64,000 nucleotides of DNA, from the NCBI GenBank assembly GCA_019455225.1, contig JACFMU010000006.1, positions 7,561-71,560 of the forward strand, read 5' to 3'. Within the stretch, counting starts at the first letter, position 1; each line of letters opens with the position of its first letter. Source of the DNA: Candidatus Hydrogenedentota bacterium (GTDB lineage Bacteria; Hydrogenedentota; Hydrogenedentia; Hydrogenedentales; CAITNO01). A program made the translations under genes and the position numbers. Below are positions 1 through 8,579 of this stretch, one piece after another. The notes under the pieces were generated by a model. The model was given only the letters and a program-made list of their open reading frames with translations. It ran no database searches and was not told the origin of the DNA.

Positions 1-1
1 T

Positions 2-352
2 CCGAGCATGTTCGGCATTGTCGCCCTCTCCGGCGTCGTGGTCAACGATTCTCTGGTCCTTATTGATTTCGCAAACAACCAGCACCGGCGCACAGGCGCG
101 GCCCTTCATGACGCCATCCACGCCGCCGCGATTCAGCGGTTCCGGCCCGTGCTGCTGACCACGCTCACCACCTTTGGCGGTCTCGCCCCGATGATCTTCG
201 AGACCTCGCGCCAAGCCCGCTTTCTCATCCCCATGGCACTCTCTTTGGGCTACGGCATCGTATTTGCCACTTTAATTACCTTATTGATTATCCCCTCCAT
301 GTACCTCGCCATGGATGATCTCACAAAATTGTTCACCCGCACCACGTCATAA
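2..352 (+). CDS. RND efflux transporter permease, C-terminal fragment (AcrB/CzcA superfamily). The 5' end lies outside the window.
   Basis: Translation [19 protein letters not shown]...[14 protein letters not shown]...[10 protein letters not shown] matches the conserved last TM helices of RND pumps. The ORF is open to the window edge. Confidence 0.8.
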   Translation, partial: PSMFGIVALSGVVVNDSLVLIDFANNQHRRTGAALHDAIHAAAIQRFRPVLLTTLTTFGGLAPMIFETSRQARFLIPMALSLGYGIVFATLITLLIIPSMYLAMDDLTKLFTRTTS

Positions 353-506
353 GTTGTGCCCGCAAGGCCGTCGCGCGCCCATATGCAGTGCCAAAGGACG
401 GGCGAAATCCATATGTTGATGTGACATTTCGCCGACCCACAATATTTGGTTGCAAAATCGCAAAGCTTCTGATACACTGGCGTTGTTGGTCAGAACAGGT
501 TTCCAC

Positions 507-3149
507 ATGGGAGCATTGGCTTTGGGCAAGGTCGGGCTTATCAGCGCGGAGTGGAAATATTACGCACTAGGGGTTGTGGTCTTTTTGCTGACCATGCTCC
601 TGATGGTGTCGTTGCTGACCGACGGCTTTGTGGCGGGGGAACAGGCGGGCCGTCCGCTTGACGGCATGCTTTCGGTGGGGAACATGCTTGGGCCGGTGGG
701 GGCCTTTGTCGCGGGTTCGCTCGCCTTTGTCGCCGGGGACGCGTCCCATGTCCTTTACGCCATCACCTTTATCTGGGTGTTGATGCTTTTCAGCCAGCGG
801 CCGCTGGACCGTCTTTTCACCCGGCTTGCGGGGCTGATGATTCTGGTCGGCGCGGTGGCGGGGATGCTCCACATTGATTTCACCTCCGGGTGGACGAACA
901 GTTTCGCCGGGGGCGCCTTTGGCGCGTTCATCGCGGAGCGGCTGCTCCTGCCGTATTTCGGGCGGGCGGGCGCCAATGTGATGGGGTGCATGCTGGCGCT
1001 GGTGGGGCTCCTGCTGGCCACGGACTTTCTCTTCATCCATCTACTGCTTTACGCGCAGCGCGCCCTGTTCCATGCGGGCCACCTCCTGCTGCTGGGCGGC
1101 GCGGCGTTTCTGGGCATGGGCGGCGGTTACCGCCGCTGGCGGACGAGCCGCCGTCTGGCGCGGGTGCGCGCCCGCGTGGCGCCCCGGCCCTCGGACGAGT
1201 CCCCCCTGGACGCCCCGCCCGAGGTGGAGGCGCCGGAATTCCCGCCCGCGACACGCTCCCCATGGAGCGGCGCAACCGTTGAGCCCGCCATCCACATCGG
1301 CCGGAGCATGCCCCCGGCGCCCGCGAAGGCCGCGGCACAGCCGGAGCCCGTTTCGCTGGAACTGCCCTTTGACGAGGTGCCCGAAGAGGCGCCGCCCGCG
1401 TCTCCGGCCATGGCGCAGGGGCAGGACGACGACATTTTTTCCGGCGGTGACGGCCTGGACGACATGGAGGACAGCCTGTCCATGCTGCGCGGCGCGGCGG
1501 AACCGCCGGAGGCGGGCATGCGGACCGTGTTCGCCAACGAGGCGGGGGACGGTACCAAGGCGGCGGCGGCGGCGGCGCCCGCGGCCAAGGCCGCGCGCAT
1601 CTCTTTTGACCTTCCGGCGCCCCGTCCCGTCCGCCGCAAGACGGCGGAGACCGACGAGCTGCCCGACGACTACGTTTATCCCAAGCGGTACACCCTGCCG
1701 CCCCTGGAGATGTTCCACCCGCCCGAGTGCCGCGTCATTCCTAACCTGACGGAGAAACTGCGCCGCACCAGCATGCTGCTGGAGGAGACCCTGCGGACCT
1801 TCGGCATCGAGGCGCGGGTGACGGACGTGACGCGCGGCCCGACGATCACGCGGTTCGAGCTCGAGCCCGCGCCGGGCATCAAGGTGAGCCGGTTCCAGGC
1901 CCTGACCGACGACATTGCGCTGGCGCTGGAGGCGACGGGGGTGCGCGTCGAGGCGCCCATCCCCGGCAAGGCGCGGGTGGGCATCGAGGCGTCGAACGAG
2001 GAGCGCGACCCGGTGGTCATCCGGGAGCTGCTGGAGCACCGGGACTTCACCAAGGGCAAGGGCAAACTGAACCTGGCCCTGGGCAAGGGCATCAGCGGCG
2101 GGGTGTGCATCGCGGACCTGACGCGCATGCCCCACCTGCTCGTGGCCGGGGCCACGGGCGCGGGCAAGACGGTCTGCGTGAAGTCGCTGCTGGCGAGCCT
2201 GCTTTTGCAGCACACGCCGGACGAGCTGCAACTGATGCTGATAGACCCGAAAATGGTGGAGCTCTCCATCTTCAACGACATCCCCCACCTCATCACGCCC
2301 GTCGTGACCGAGGCTAAGAAGGCCGCCACGGCGCTGACCTGGCTCATCAGCGAGATGGACGAGCGCTACCGCCTCTTCGCCCACCTGCGCGTGCGCAACA
2401 TCGAGGTGTACAACGAGAGCGTGGAGAACGGCGAGATCGAGCTGGAGGGCGGCGCGCACGCGGGGCAGTCGGTGAACGTGGTGCGCAAGCTGCCCTACAT
2501 CGTGTGCATCATAGACGAGCTGGCGGACCTGATGATGCTGGCGCGGGCAGAGGTCGAGGACTGCATCGCCCGGCTGGCGCAGCTTGCGCGGGCCGTGGGG
2601 ATTCACCTCATCATCGCCACCCAGCGCCCCTCCGTGGACGTGATCACGGGGGTCATCAAGGCGAACTTCCCCACCCGCGTCTCCTTCCAGGTGTCGTCAC
2701 GGGTGGACTCGCGCTGCATCCTGGACGAGATTGGCGCGGAGCGCCTGATCGGCATGGGCGACATGCTCTACCTGCCGGCGGGCCAGAGCAAGCCCGACCG
2801 CATCCAGGGCGCCTTTGTGGGCGACGACGAGATGAACGCCCTGGTCTCCTGGCTGAAACGGCAGGCGCCGCCGCAGTACCGGGACGAGATCGAGCGTTTC
2901 GGACGGGGCAAGGACGCCTCGGCGGAGTCCCCGGACGAGGACGACCCGCTTTTCGCGGACGCCGTCCGGGTGGTGCTGGAAACGGAGCAGGCCTCGATTT
3001 CAATGGTGCAACGGAGACTCCGTGTGGGGTATACTAGGGCCGCAAGGCTTATTGACATGATGGAGATGAAGGGGATCATCGGTCCCCACACCGGCAGCAA
3101 AGCGCGCGAAATTCTCGTGGACCCATCGGCAAGGGACGAAGTGGCATGA
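507..3149 (+). CDS. ftsK: DNA translocase FtsK/SpoIIIE
   Basis: N-terminal multi-TM region, Pro/Ala-rich linker, motor domain with Walker A (VAGATGAGKT) and Walker B (VCIIDELAD), and a C-terminal gamma winged helix (SISMVQRRLRVGYTRAARLIDMMEMKGIIGP). The start is uncertain. The ATG at 507 is preferred over the in-frame TTG at 450. Confidence 0.9.
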   Translation: MGALALGKVGLISAEWKYYALGVVVFLLTMLLMVSLLTDGFVAGEQAGRPLDGMLSVGNMLGPVGAFVAGSLAFVAGDASHVLYAITFIWVLMLFSQRPLDRLFTRLAGLMILVGAVAGMLHIDFTSGWTNSFAGGAFGAFIAERLLLPYFGRAGANVMGCMLALVGLLLATDFLFIHLLLYAQRALFHAGHLLLLGGAAFLGMGGGYRRWRTSRRLARVRARVAPRPSDESPLDAPPEVEAPEFPPATRSPWSGATVEPAIHIGRSMPPAPAKAAAQPEPVSLELPFDEVPEEAPPASPAMAQGQDDDIFSGGDGLDDMEDSLSMLRGAAEPPEAGMRTVFANEAGDGTKAAAAAAPAAKAARISFDLPAPRPVRRKTAETDELPDDYVYPKRYTLPPLEMFHPPECRVIPNLTEKLRRTSMLLEETLRTFGIEARVTDVTRGPTITRFELEPAPGIKVSRFQALTDDIALALEATGVRVEAPIPGKARVGIEASNEERDPVVIRELLEHRDFTKGKGKLNLALGKGISGGVCIADLTRMPHLLVAGATGAGKTVCVKSLLASLLLQHTPDELQLMLIDPKMVELSIFNDIPHLITPVVTEAKKAATALTWLISEMDERYRLFAHLRVRNIEVYNESVENGEIELEGGAHAGQSVNVVRKLPYIVCIIDELADLMMLARAEVEDCIARLAQLARAVGIHLIIATQRPSVDVITGVIKANFPTRVSFQVSSRVDSRCILDEIGAERLIGMGDMLYLPAGQSKPDRIQGAFVGDDEMNALVSWLKRQAPPQYRDEIERFGRGKDASAESPDEDDPLFADAVRVVLETEQASISMVQRRLRVGYTRAARLIDMMEMKGIIGPHTGSKAREILVDPSARDEVA

Positions 3150-3625
3150 AAGAGATGCAATTCCCGGGCCACCTGCTGCGCGAAGAGCGCGAGGCCCGCG
3201 GCCTGCGCCTCGACGAGGTGCGGCGGCACATCCATGTGCCCGAAGCATGTCTGGCCGCGTTCGAGGAGGGCCGCCTCTCCGATTTGCCCGTCAAGGCCTA
3301 CGCCGTCGGGTTCCTCCAGTCCTACTGCCGCTTCCTCGAACTGGACCATGAGCCCTTCACCGCCCAGTACCACGCCTGCCATGTGCGTTTGTCCCGGGGC
3401 GGGCGCGCCTTTCCCCGCATCAGCCGCGGACCCGCCGCGCCCGCGCGCCCCGCGCCCCGCTGGGTTTCCGAAGTGGTGACCTGGGGCACGGTGTGCGCCG
3501 TGCTGGTACTTGGCTGGTTTGCCTACTCCATCGTCGTCAAGCCCATGGCCGAGACCTGGCGCGGACGCGCCGAGGCCGGCACCGTCGAGATCACCCCGCC
3601 CTCCCATTTCGACGAGGACCGCTGA
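3146..3625 (+). CDS. HTH (XRE-like) domain membrane protein, RodZ-like N-terminus
   Basis: LREEREARGLRLDEVRRHIHVPEACLAAFEEGRLSDLPVKAYAVGFLQSYCRFL resembles the RodZ/DUF4115-type HTH region and is followed by one TM helix (VVTWGTVCAVLVLGWFAYSIVV). The ATG overlaps the ftsK stop (ATGA). Confidence 0.6.
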   Translation: MKEMQFPGHLLREEREARGLRLDEVRRHIHVPEACLAAFEEGRLSDLPVKAYAVGFLQSYCRFLELDHEPFTAQYHACHVRLSRGGRAFPRISRGPAAPARPAPRWVSEVVTWGTVCAVLVLGWFAYSIVVKPMAETWRGRAEAGTVEITPPSHFDEDR

Positions 3626-3775
3626 ACGCCCGGTTCGGGCGGCCTCATGGTCTGATCCCGCAGATTATGGCCGTTGCGGTGCTGTTTTTTCCGGTCAACA
3701 CCTTGCATCCCCCCCCCTTCACCGGGTACCGTGATTGAAACAATTCGGCCCGCGCCGGGCCCGGGAGTTTGCCTG

Positions 3776-4813
3776 ATGAACACGCTTCGCGTCGGTTTTG
3801 TGGGACTGGGCGGCATCTGCCGGCAGCGGCATCTGCCGGGGCTGCTGCGGCTGCCGGATATTGAACTGGCGGCGGTGTCCAACCGCAGCCGCGCCTCCGC
3901 GGCCGCCGCCGCCCTCGAGTTCGGCATTCCGGACATCCACGACCACTGGGAGGAGCTGGTGGCGCGGGACGACCTGGACGCAGTGTTCATCGGCACCTGG
4001 CCCTATATGCACCGGACCGTGTCCATCGCCGCGCTGGAGGCGGGGAAGCATGTGTTCTGCCAGGCGCGGATGGCCATGAACCTCCCCGAGGCGCTGGACA
4101 TGCGCGGCACGGCGCGGCGCGCCGGGAAAGTGGCCATGCTCTGCCCGGTGCCCTTCGGCCTGAGCGTGGACCGCACCATCGCGCGGATGCTCCGCGACGG
4201 GGTGATCGGCCCGGTCCGGCATGTCTCCGTGCGGAGTTTCTCCGGCGCGTGGACGGACCCGGAGGCGCCCATGACCTGGCGCAAGGACCACCGCCTCTCG
4301 GGGCTGAACATGCAGACCCTCGGCATGCACGCCGAAGTGCTCCACCGCTGGTTTGGGCCGACCCGCGCGCTCTCGGCCCACACCGCCATTTACACCCCCG
4401 AACGCCGCGACACGACGGGCGAGTTCCAGGAGGTGCAAATCCCCGACCAGGTCCTCATCAACGCGGTCATGGACAACGGCGTCGCGGCGCAGTATGTCAT
4501 CAGCGGCATGGCGGGCGTGGCGGGCGACAGCATTGACATCATGGGCGAGAAGGGCGCCCTCCACTACGACGTGGAACGGGACCTCCTTTTCCACCGCCGC
4601 GCCGGGGGCAGGCTGGACCCGGTCGAAATCCTGCCGGAGGACGCCTACGATGTGGCGCAGTGGCGCGTCGAGGAGGACTTCGTCCGGGCCGTCCGCGAGG
4701 GCGCCGAATACCACCCCGACTTCGAGGACGGCGTCCTGTACATGCGCGTGGTGCAGGCCGTGGCCGACAGCGCGGAATCCGGGGAGACGGTCCTGCTGGA
4801 CGAGGAGGACTGA
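3776..4813 (+). CDS. Gfo/Idh/MocA family NAD(P)-dependent oxidoreductase
   Basis: Rossmann motif LRVGFVGLGGICRQRHLP and the typical family length and architecture. Confidence 0.8.
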   Translation: MNTLRVGFVGLGGICRQRHLPGLLRLPDIELAAVSNRSRASAAAAALEFGIPDIHDHWEELVARDDLDAVFIGTWPYMHRTVSIAALEAGKHVFCQARMAMNLPEALDMRGTARRAGKVAMLCPVPFGLSVDRTIARMLRDGVIGPVRHVSVRSFSGAWTDPEAPMTWRKDHRLSGLNMQTLGMHAEVLHRWFGPTRALSAHTAIYTPERRDTTGEFQEVQIPDQVLINAVMDNGVAAQYVISGMAGVAGDSIDIMGEKGALHYDVERDLLFHRRAGGRLDPVEILPEDAYDVAQWRVEEDFVRAVREGAEYHPDFEDGVLYMRVVQAVADSAESGETVLLDEED

Positions 4814-4816
4814 ACC

Positions 4817-5179
4817 ATGGACAACGCCCCCGTCCCCGCCGAGTCCGATCCGGCGCATTTGGCCGAAACACAGCAGGCGCTGGTCGAGCACTGGCGCGTG
4901 CGCGGCACCGAATCGGAAACGCTCAACTGGGAACTCCTGCTCGAAACGCTGGAGGAGCGCATCCTCGACCTGCTGAAGAACAACCCGAACAAGCTGCTCG
5001 GCACCCTCTACGTGCTTGACATCTCCGAGCGCACCTACAACGAGGCGATGCGGCGGGACGGCATGGAGGCGCGGGCGCACGCCCTCGCCGAGGCCATCCT
5101 GCGGCGCGAGTCGCAGAAGATCGAAACGCGACGGCGCTACACGCCCCGCCCGCCGGAAATTGAGGACTGGATACGGTAA
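4817..5179 (+). CDS. hypothetical protein (120 aa)
   Basis: Starts 4 nt after the upstream stop, with GAGGAGG 9 nt upstream. Codon usage is consistent with the neighbours. No recognisable domain. Confidence 0.5.
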   Translation: MDNAPVPAESDPAHLAETQQALVEHWRVRGTESETLNWELLLETLEERILDLLKNNPNKLLGTLYVLDISERTYNEAMRRDGMEARAHALAEAILRRESQKIETRRRYTPRPPEIEDWIR

Positions 5180-5233
5180 AACAACGGGGGGGCCTGGGAA
5201 CGCCAATCTCCGATTGGCCTCTTTTGTCCGCCC

Positions 5234-5671
5234 CTACGGTGCCAGCCAGTTGAAAGGGTAAACGGGCAGGTTGCGGAGCACGCCGAAGAGCGCAGCCACC
5301 GACGCGATAACAATCACCCACTTCAGGTCCAGCCGCATGGGCATGTCCCGGCGCCATCCCGCCGCCTTCAGCGCATACACCCCAAACCACGCCCCGGCCA
5401 GAGGGAACACCACGAGCACCGCGAAGGCGTTCGCGGAGACCGCCTCAAGCACCCGCCCATGGAGCAGCGCGTGCAGCGCGCGCTGGGCACCGCATCCGGG
5501 ACAATGAAGCCCGGTCAGCCAGTGGAAGGGGCAGGGCCAGAACAGCCGCGAGGTGGCGGGGTCGCCCCAGTAGAACGCCCCGCACAGCGCCGCCAGCACC
5601 GCGCCCGGCAACAGCAGGGACCGCAGGGAGGGGTGTCCGGCAGGAGGCCCTGCTTTGGCGGGTTGTCTCAT
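5234..5671 (-). CDS. DUF2752 domain-containing membrane protein
   Basis: Contains the CPFHWLTGLHCPGCGAQRA motif (C-x3-G-x2-CPxCG-x-RA signature) and hydrophobic helices. Start placed at the MRQPAKAG methionine. The ORF remains open upstream to 5821. Confidence 0.65.
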   Translation of the reverse strand: MRQPAKAGPPAGHPSLRSLLLPGAVLAALCGAFYWGDPATSRLFWPCPFHWLTGLHCPGCGAQRALHALLHGRVLEAVSANAFAVLVVFPLAGAWFGVYALKAAGWRRDMPMRLDLKWVIVIASVAALFGVLRNLPVYPFNWLAP

Positions 5672-5944
5672 TGGACGGAGCGGACGGATCGGACGGGTTG
5701 GACAGGAGGCGGGAAAGGAATGGCCACAAAAGGCACAGGGTGGACGGGGTGCACATTCAATTGGCGTGTCAAGAACCTGGTATATGCGTCCACAAACTTC
5801 ACCCTTTCCAGCGTTCGGCAAACAAATCCGGTCGAAGGCGCCCTCCCAATATACGCGGAAATGGCTTGTGTTTCCAGCGCATCCGTGCTATAACAACGTC
5901 CATGGAAGTCCGCCATGCCGGTAGCCATAGAAGGAGGGTTTGCC

Positions 5945-6595
5945 ATGAGTCCGACTGCCGCCGTTTTCAAGCCGGGAGCGCTGATAACAAAATCCTGGGA
6001 TGTCTTCAAGGACAATCTGGGCCCGCTGCTGGGCGGGTTCGTGATCATGGTCGCGATACTCAGCGCCAGCGGTGTTGTCTATTTTGGGCCGCTGATTCTG
6101 GGCGGCCCCTTCGCGCTCGGGTACTACAAAATGGTCCGTGACGCCATCGCCGGACGCAGGGTCGAGATGGGGGACCTCTTCTACGGCTTCCACCACTTTC
6201 TGCCCGCCTTCCTCGCCTATCTCCTCATCTCCATTTTCTCCATTATCGGCACGTTGTTTTGCATCATACCCGGCATCCTCGTCGGCATCGTCTACGCGCC
6301 CGTCTACCTGTTCATCCTGGACGGGGAGAATGATTTCTGGCAGGCCATGGAGTCCAGCCGGAAAATGGTCATGGACAACTTCATGCAATGGCTGCTGCTG
6401 ATGGTCGTCCTGTTTCTTCTTAACCTGGGCGGCCTGCTCCTGTGCTGTGTGGGCATTCTTGTCACGGGTCCCATGAGCACCGTCATCATCGCCCTCGCCT
6501 ATGACCAGGAACTCGGCCTCGCCGCGATAAACACCCTCGCCACTCCGGTGGACTCCGCGATGGACGCGCCGCAGGACCCGCCGTTCGAGGGGTAA
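5945..6595 (+). CDS. uncharacterised integral membrane protein, tandem paralog A (possibly DUF975-like)
   Basis: About 216 aa with 4-5 predicted TM helices. AGGAGG RBS 7 nt upstream of the ATG at 5945. 50-60% identical to the next gene. Confidence 0.7.
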   Translation: MSPTAAVFKPGALITKSWDVFKDNLGPLLGGFVIMVAILSASGVVYFGPLILGGPFALGYYKMVRDAIAGRRVEMGDLFYGFHHFLPAFLAYLLISIFSIIGTLFCIIPGILVGIVYAPVYLFILDGENDFWQAMESSRKMVMDNFMQWLLLMVVLFLLNLGGLLLCCVGILVTGPMSTVIIALAYDQELGLAAINTLATPVDSAMDAPQDPPFEG

Positions 6596-6631
6596 ACACG
6601 CGAACAGCAACCACATCGGGGAGGCTTTGCC

Positions 6632-7297
6632 ATGAATCCGTCTCGTGTCGTTTTTTCTTCCGGAGACTTGCTGGATCAATCGTGGCGCATCTTCAAACAG
6701 AACCTTTGGCCCCTGCTGGGCGGGGCTTTGACAATATCGGCGCTCTCGGTTGCTGCCAACCTTATTGACTACTGGTCGCCTTTTGAATGGTCGTTTCTTA
6801 TTACCTGGTTATTCTATTTGGTCCAATTTGTCCTGTCCGGCCCGCTTATGCTCGGGTATTACAAGATGATTCGTTGCGCAGTTGCCGGACACCGGGTTGA
6901 ATTCACGGACATCTTCTACGGCTTCAGCCGATTTTTACCCGCGTTTTTCGCCAATTTTGTGATCGGGATTTTCACGGCCATAGGTTTTTTGTTCTGCATC
7001 ATTCCCGGCATGCTGGTTTCCCTTGTTTATCTCCCTGTTTATCTGTTCATTCTTGACGGGGAAAACGATTTCTGGAAGGCCATGGAAGCCAGCCGGAAAC
7101 TGGTCATGAACAACTTCACCCAATGGCTGCTGCTTGGCGTGGTTCTGTTCCTGCTTAATCTCGCGGGAATGCTCCTGTGCTGCGTCGGCGTCTTGGCCAC
7201 CATGCCCATGACTTTCATCGCCATCACCCTGGCCTATGAACAGGAACATGGCTGCGCCGCGATGGACGTGCCGCAGGACCCGCCGTTCGAGGGCTGA
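6632..7297 (+). CDS. uncharacterised integral membrane protein, tandem paralog B
   Basis: 221 aa. Shares the blocks LGYYKM, FYGF, FLPAF, FCIIPG, YLFILDGENDFW, CCVG and a C-terminal PQDPPFEG with paralog A. GGGGAGG RBS upstream. Confidence 0.7.
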   Translation: MNPSRVVFSSGDLLDQSWRIFKQNLWPLLGGALTISALSVAANLIDYWSPFEWSFLITWLFYLVQFVLSGPLMLGYYKMIRCAVAGHRVEFTDIFYGFSRFLPAFFANFVIGIFTAIGFLFCIIPGMLVSLVYLPVYLFILDGENDFWKAMEASRKLVMNNFTQWLLLGVVLFLLNLAGMLLCCVGVLATMPMTFIAITLAYEQEHGCAAMDVPQDPPFEG

Positions 7298-7333
7298 AGC
7301 CCGCCGAAAGATTTGGAAGGGCACTCCTTCCCT

Positions 7334-8524
7334 TTACAGCAGCGCCTCCAGTTCCACCAGGGCGGCGCGTGCGGCGGCCTCACATTCGAGCAGTTCCATG
7401 CGCGCGCGGTTGAACTCGTCGCGCGCGGCAATCAGCTCGAAGAGCGTGGCCCCGCCGATTTCCAGCGCCTTTTCAGCCGCCGCGCACACCTCCTGATACC
7501 GGGGGATTACCTCCCCGCGCAGGCGCGCGGCGGCGTCCAGCGCGGACGCGGCCTCTCCGCGGAGCTCCATCGCGCGGCGCAGTTCACCGCGCAGGGCCGA
7601 CTCATTTTCCGCCGCAAGGCGTTGCGCGCGCGCCCTCGCCGCCGCCACCGTTCCCTGGTTGCGGTCAAACAGCGGCAGGGCAATGCCCACCCCAAAATCC
7701 AGCGAGTTCGTGCCGGACGCGTTGTCACGGCGAAGCCCCGCGCGCAGGGTGGGTTCCGGAAATCCGGCGCGCCGCGCCGCCTCCGTCTCGGTTTTGGCCT
7801 GACCCTCACGGAGTACCCGCGCCGCATGGCGCGGCGTCGCCTCCAGGCGCGCGCGCAGGACCTCCGCCTCCGGCACTTCCTCCGGCGCGGGCGCAAGCGC
7901 ACCGGCGCACTCGGGCAGCGCGTCCGGCATCACGCCGCACAGTTCCGCCAGCCGCGCGCGCAGGGACTCCCGTGTCCGCCCCGCACGCGCCGCATCCGCG
8001 CGTCGGCGGCCATGCTCCGCGTCGGCCCGCATCGCGTCCATCTCCGGCGCGTCCCCCTTCTCATGCCGTACCCGCATGAGCCGGGCCGTCTCCTCCGCGT
8101 CCGCACGGGCGGCCTCAGCCAGCCGGACCCGTTCCCCGGCGGCAAGGGTCTCATGGAACAGCCGTCGGACCTCCGCCGCCAGTTCCTTTTGCAGCGCCCC
8201 GGCCTGCCGCTCCGCCGCGTCCACACCGAGCAGCGCGGCGCGGCGCGCCGCACGCCTTGCCCCGGACACCGGAAGCGTCTGGGAGACGCCCACAAGAAGC
8301 TCATGGTCATCACCGGAACGGAACGCCTCGACGCCCGCCTCGACTTCCGGATTGGGCGGCAGCCCCGCCTGCAGGGCCGCGCCCCGCTCCTCGTCGGTGG
8401 CGTGCCCCGCAGCGCGCAGGGCGGGATGCCCGCCCAGCGCCATGGCCACGGCCTCCCCGGCGGTGAACGTGCCCTGCGCGAACACCGGCAGGGCCGCCAG
8501 GATAAGCACCAGATATTTCGCCAT
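7334..8524 (-). CDS. TolC-family outer membrane efflux protein (CzcC/CusC-like)
   Basis: Signal peptide MAKYLVLILAALPVFAQ followed by an alpha-helical coiled-coil-rich sequence typical of outer membrane factors. Last gene of the RND operon. Confidence 0.8.
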   Translation of the reverse strand: MAKYLVLILAALPVFAQGTFTAGEAVAMALGGHPALRAAGHATDEERGAALQAGLPPNPEVEAGVEAFRSGDDHELLVGVSQTLPVSGARRAARRAALLGVDAAERQAGALQKELAAEVRRLFHETLAAGERVRLAEAARADAEETARLMRVRHEKGDAPEMDAMRADAEHGRRRADAARAGRTRESLRARLAELCGVMPDALPECAGALAPAPEEVPEAEVLRARLEATPRHAARVLREGQAKTETEAARRAGFPEPTLRAGLRRDNASGTNSLDFGVGIALPLFDRNQGTVAAARARAQRLAAENESALRGELRRAMELRGEAASALDAAARLRGEVIPRYQEVCAAAEKALEIGGATLFELIAARDEFNRARMELLECEAAARAALVELEALL

Positions 8525-8579
8525 TGCTCTTGTCCTCCATGCCGCCGCGTCACGGCGCGGGGCGGATTGTCTGTTCAAG

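Noticed and set aside
1041-2606. 521-aa minus-strand ORF (Arg/Gly/His-rich) antisense to ftsK, plus the overlapping ORFs at 890-1749
   Set aside because: Low-complexity, Arg/Pro/Gly-rich translation typical of antisense or out-of-frame reading of GC-rich coding DNA. It overlaps a confidently identified ftsK.
3719-5206. 495-aa minus-strand ORF antisense to the Gfo/Idh/MocA and hypothetical genes
   Set aside because: No domain. Biased composition. It overlaps better-supported plus-strand genes.
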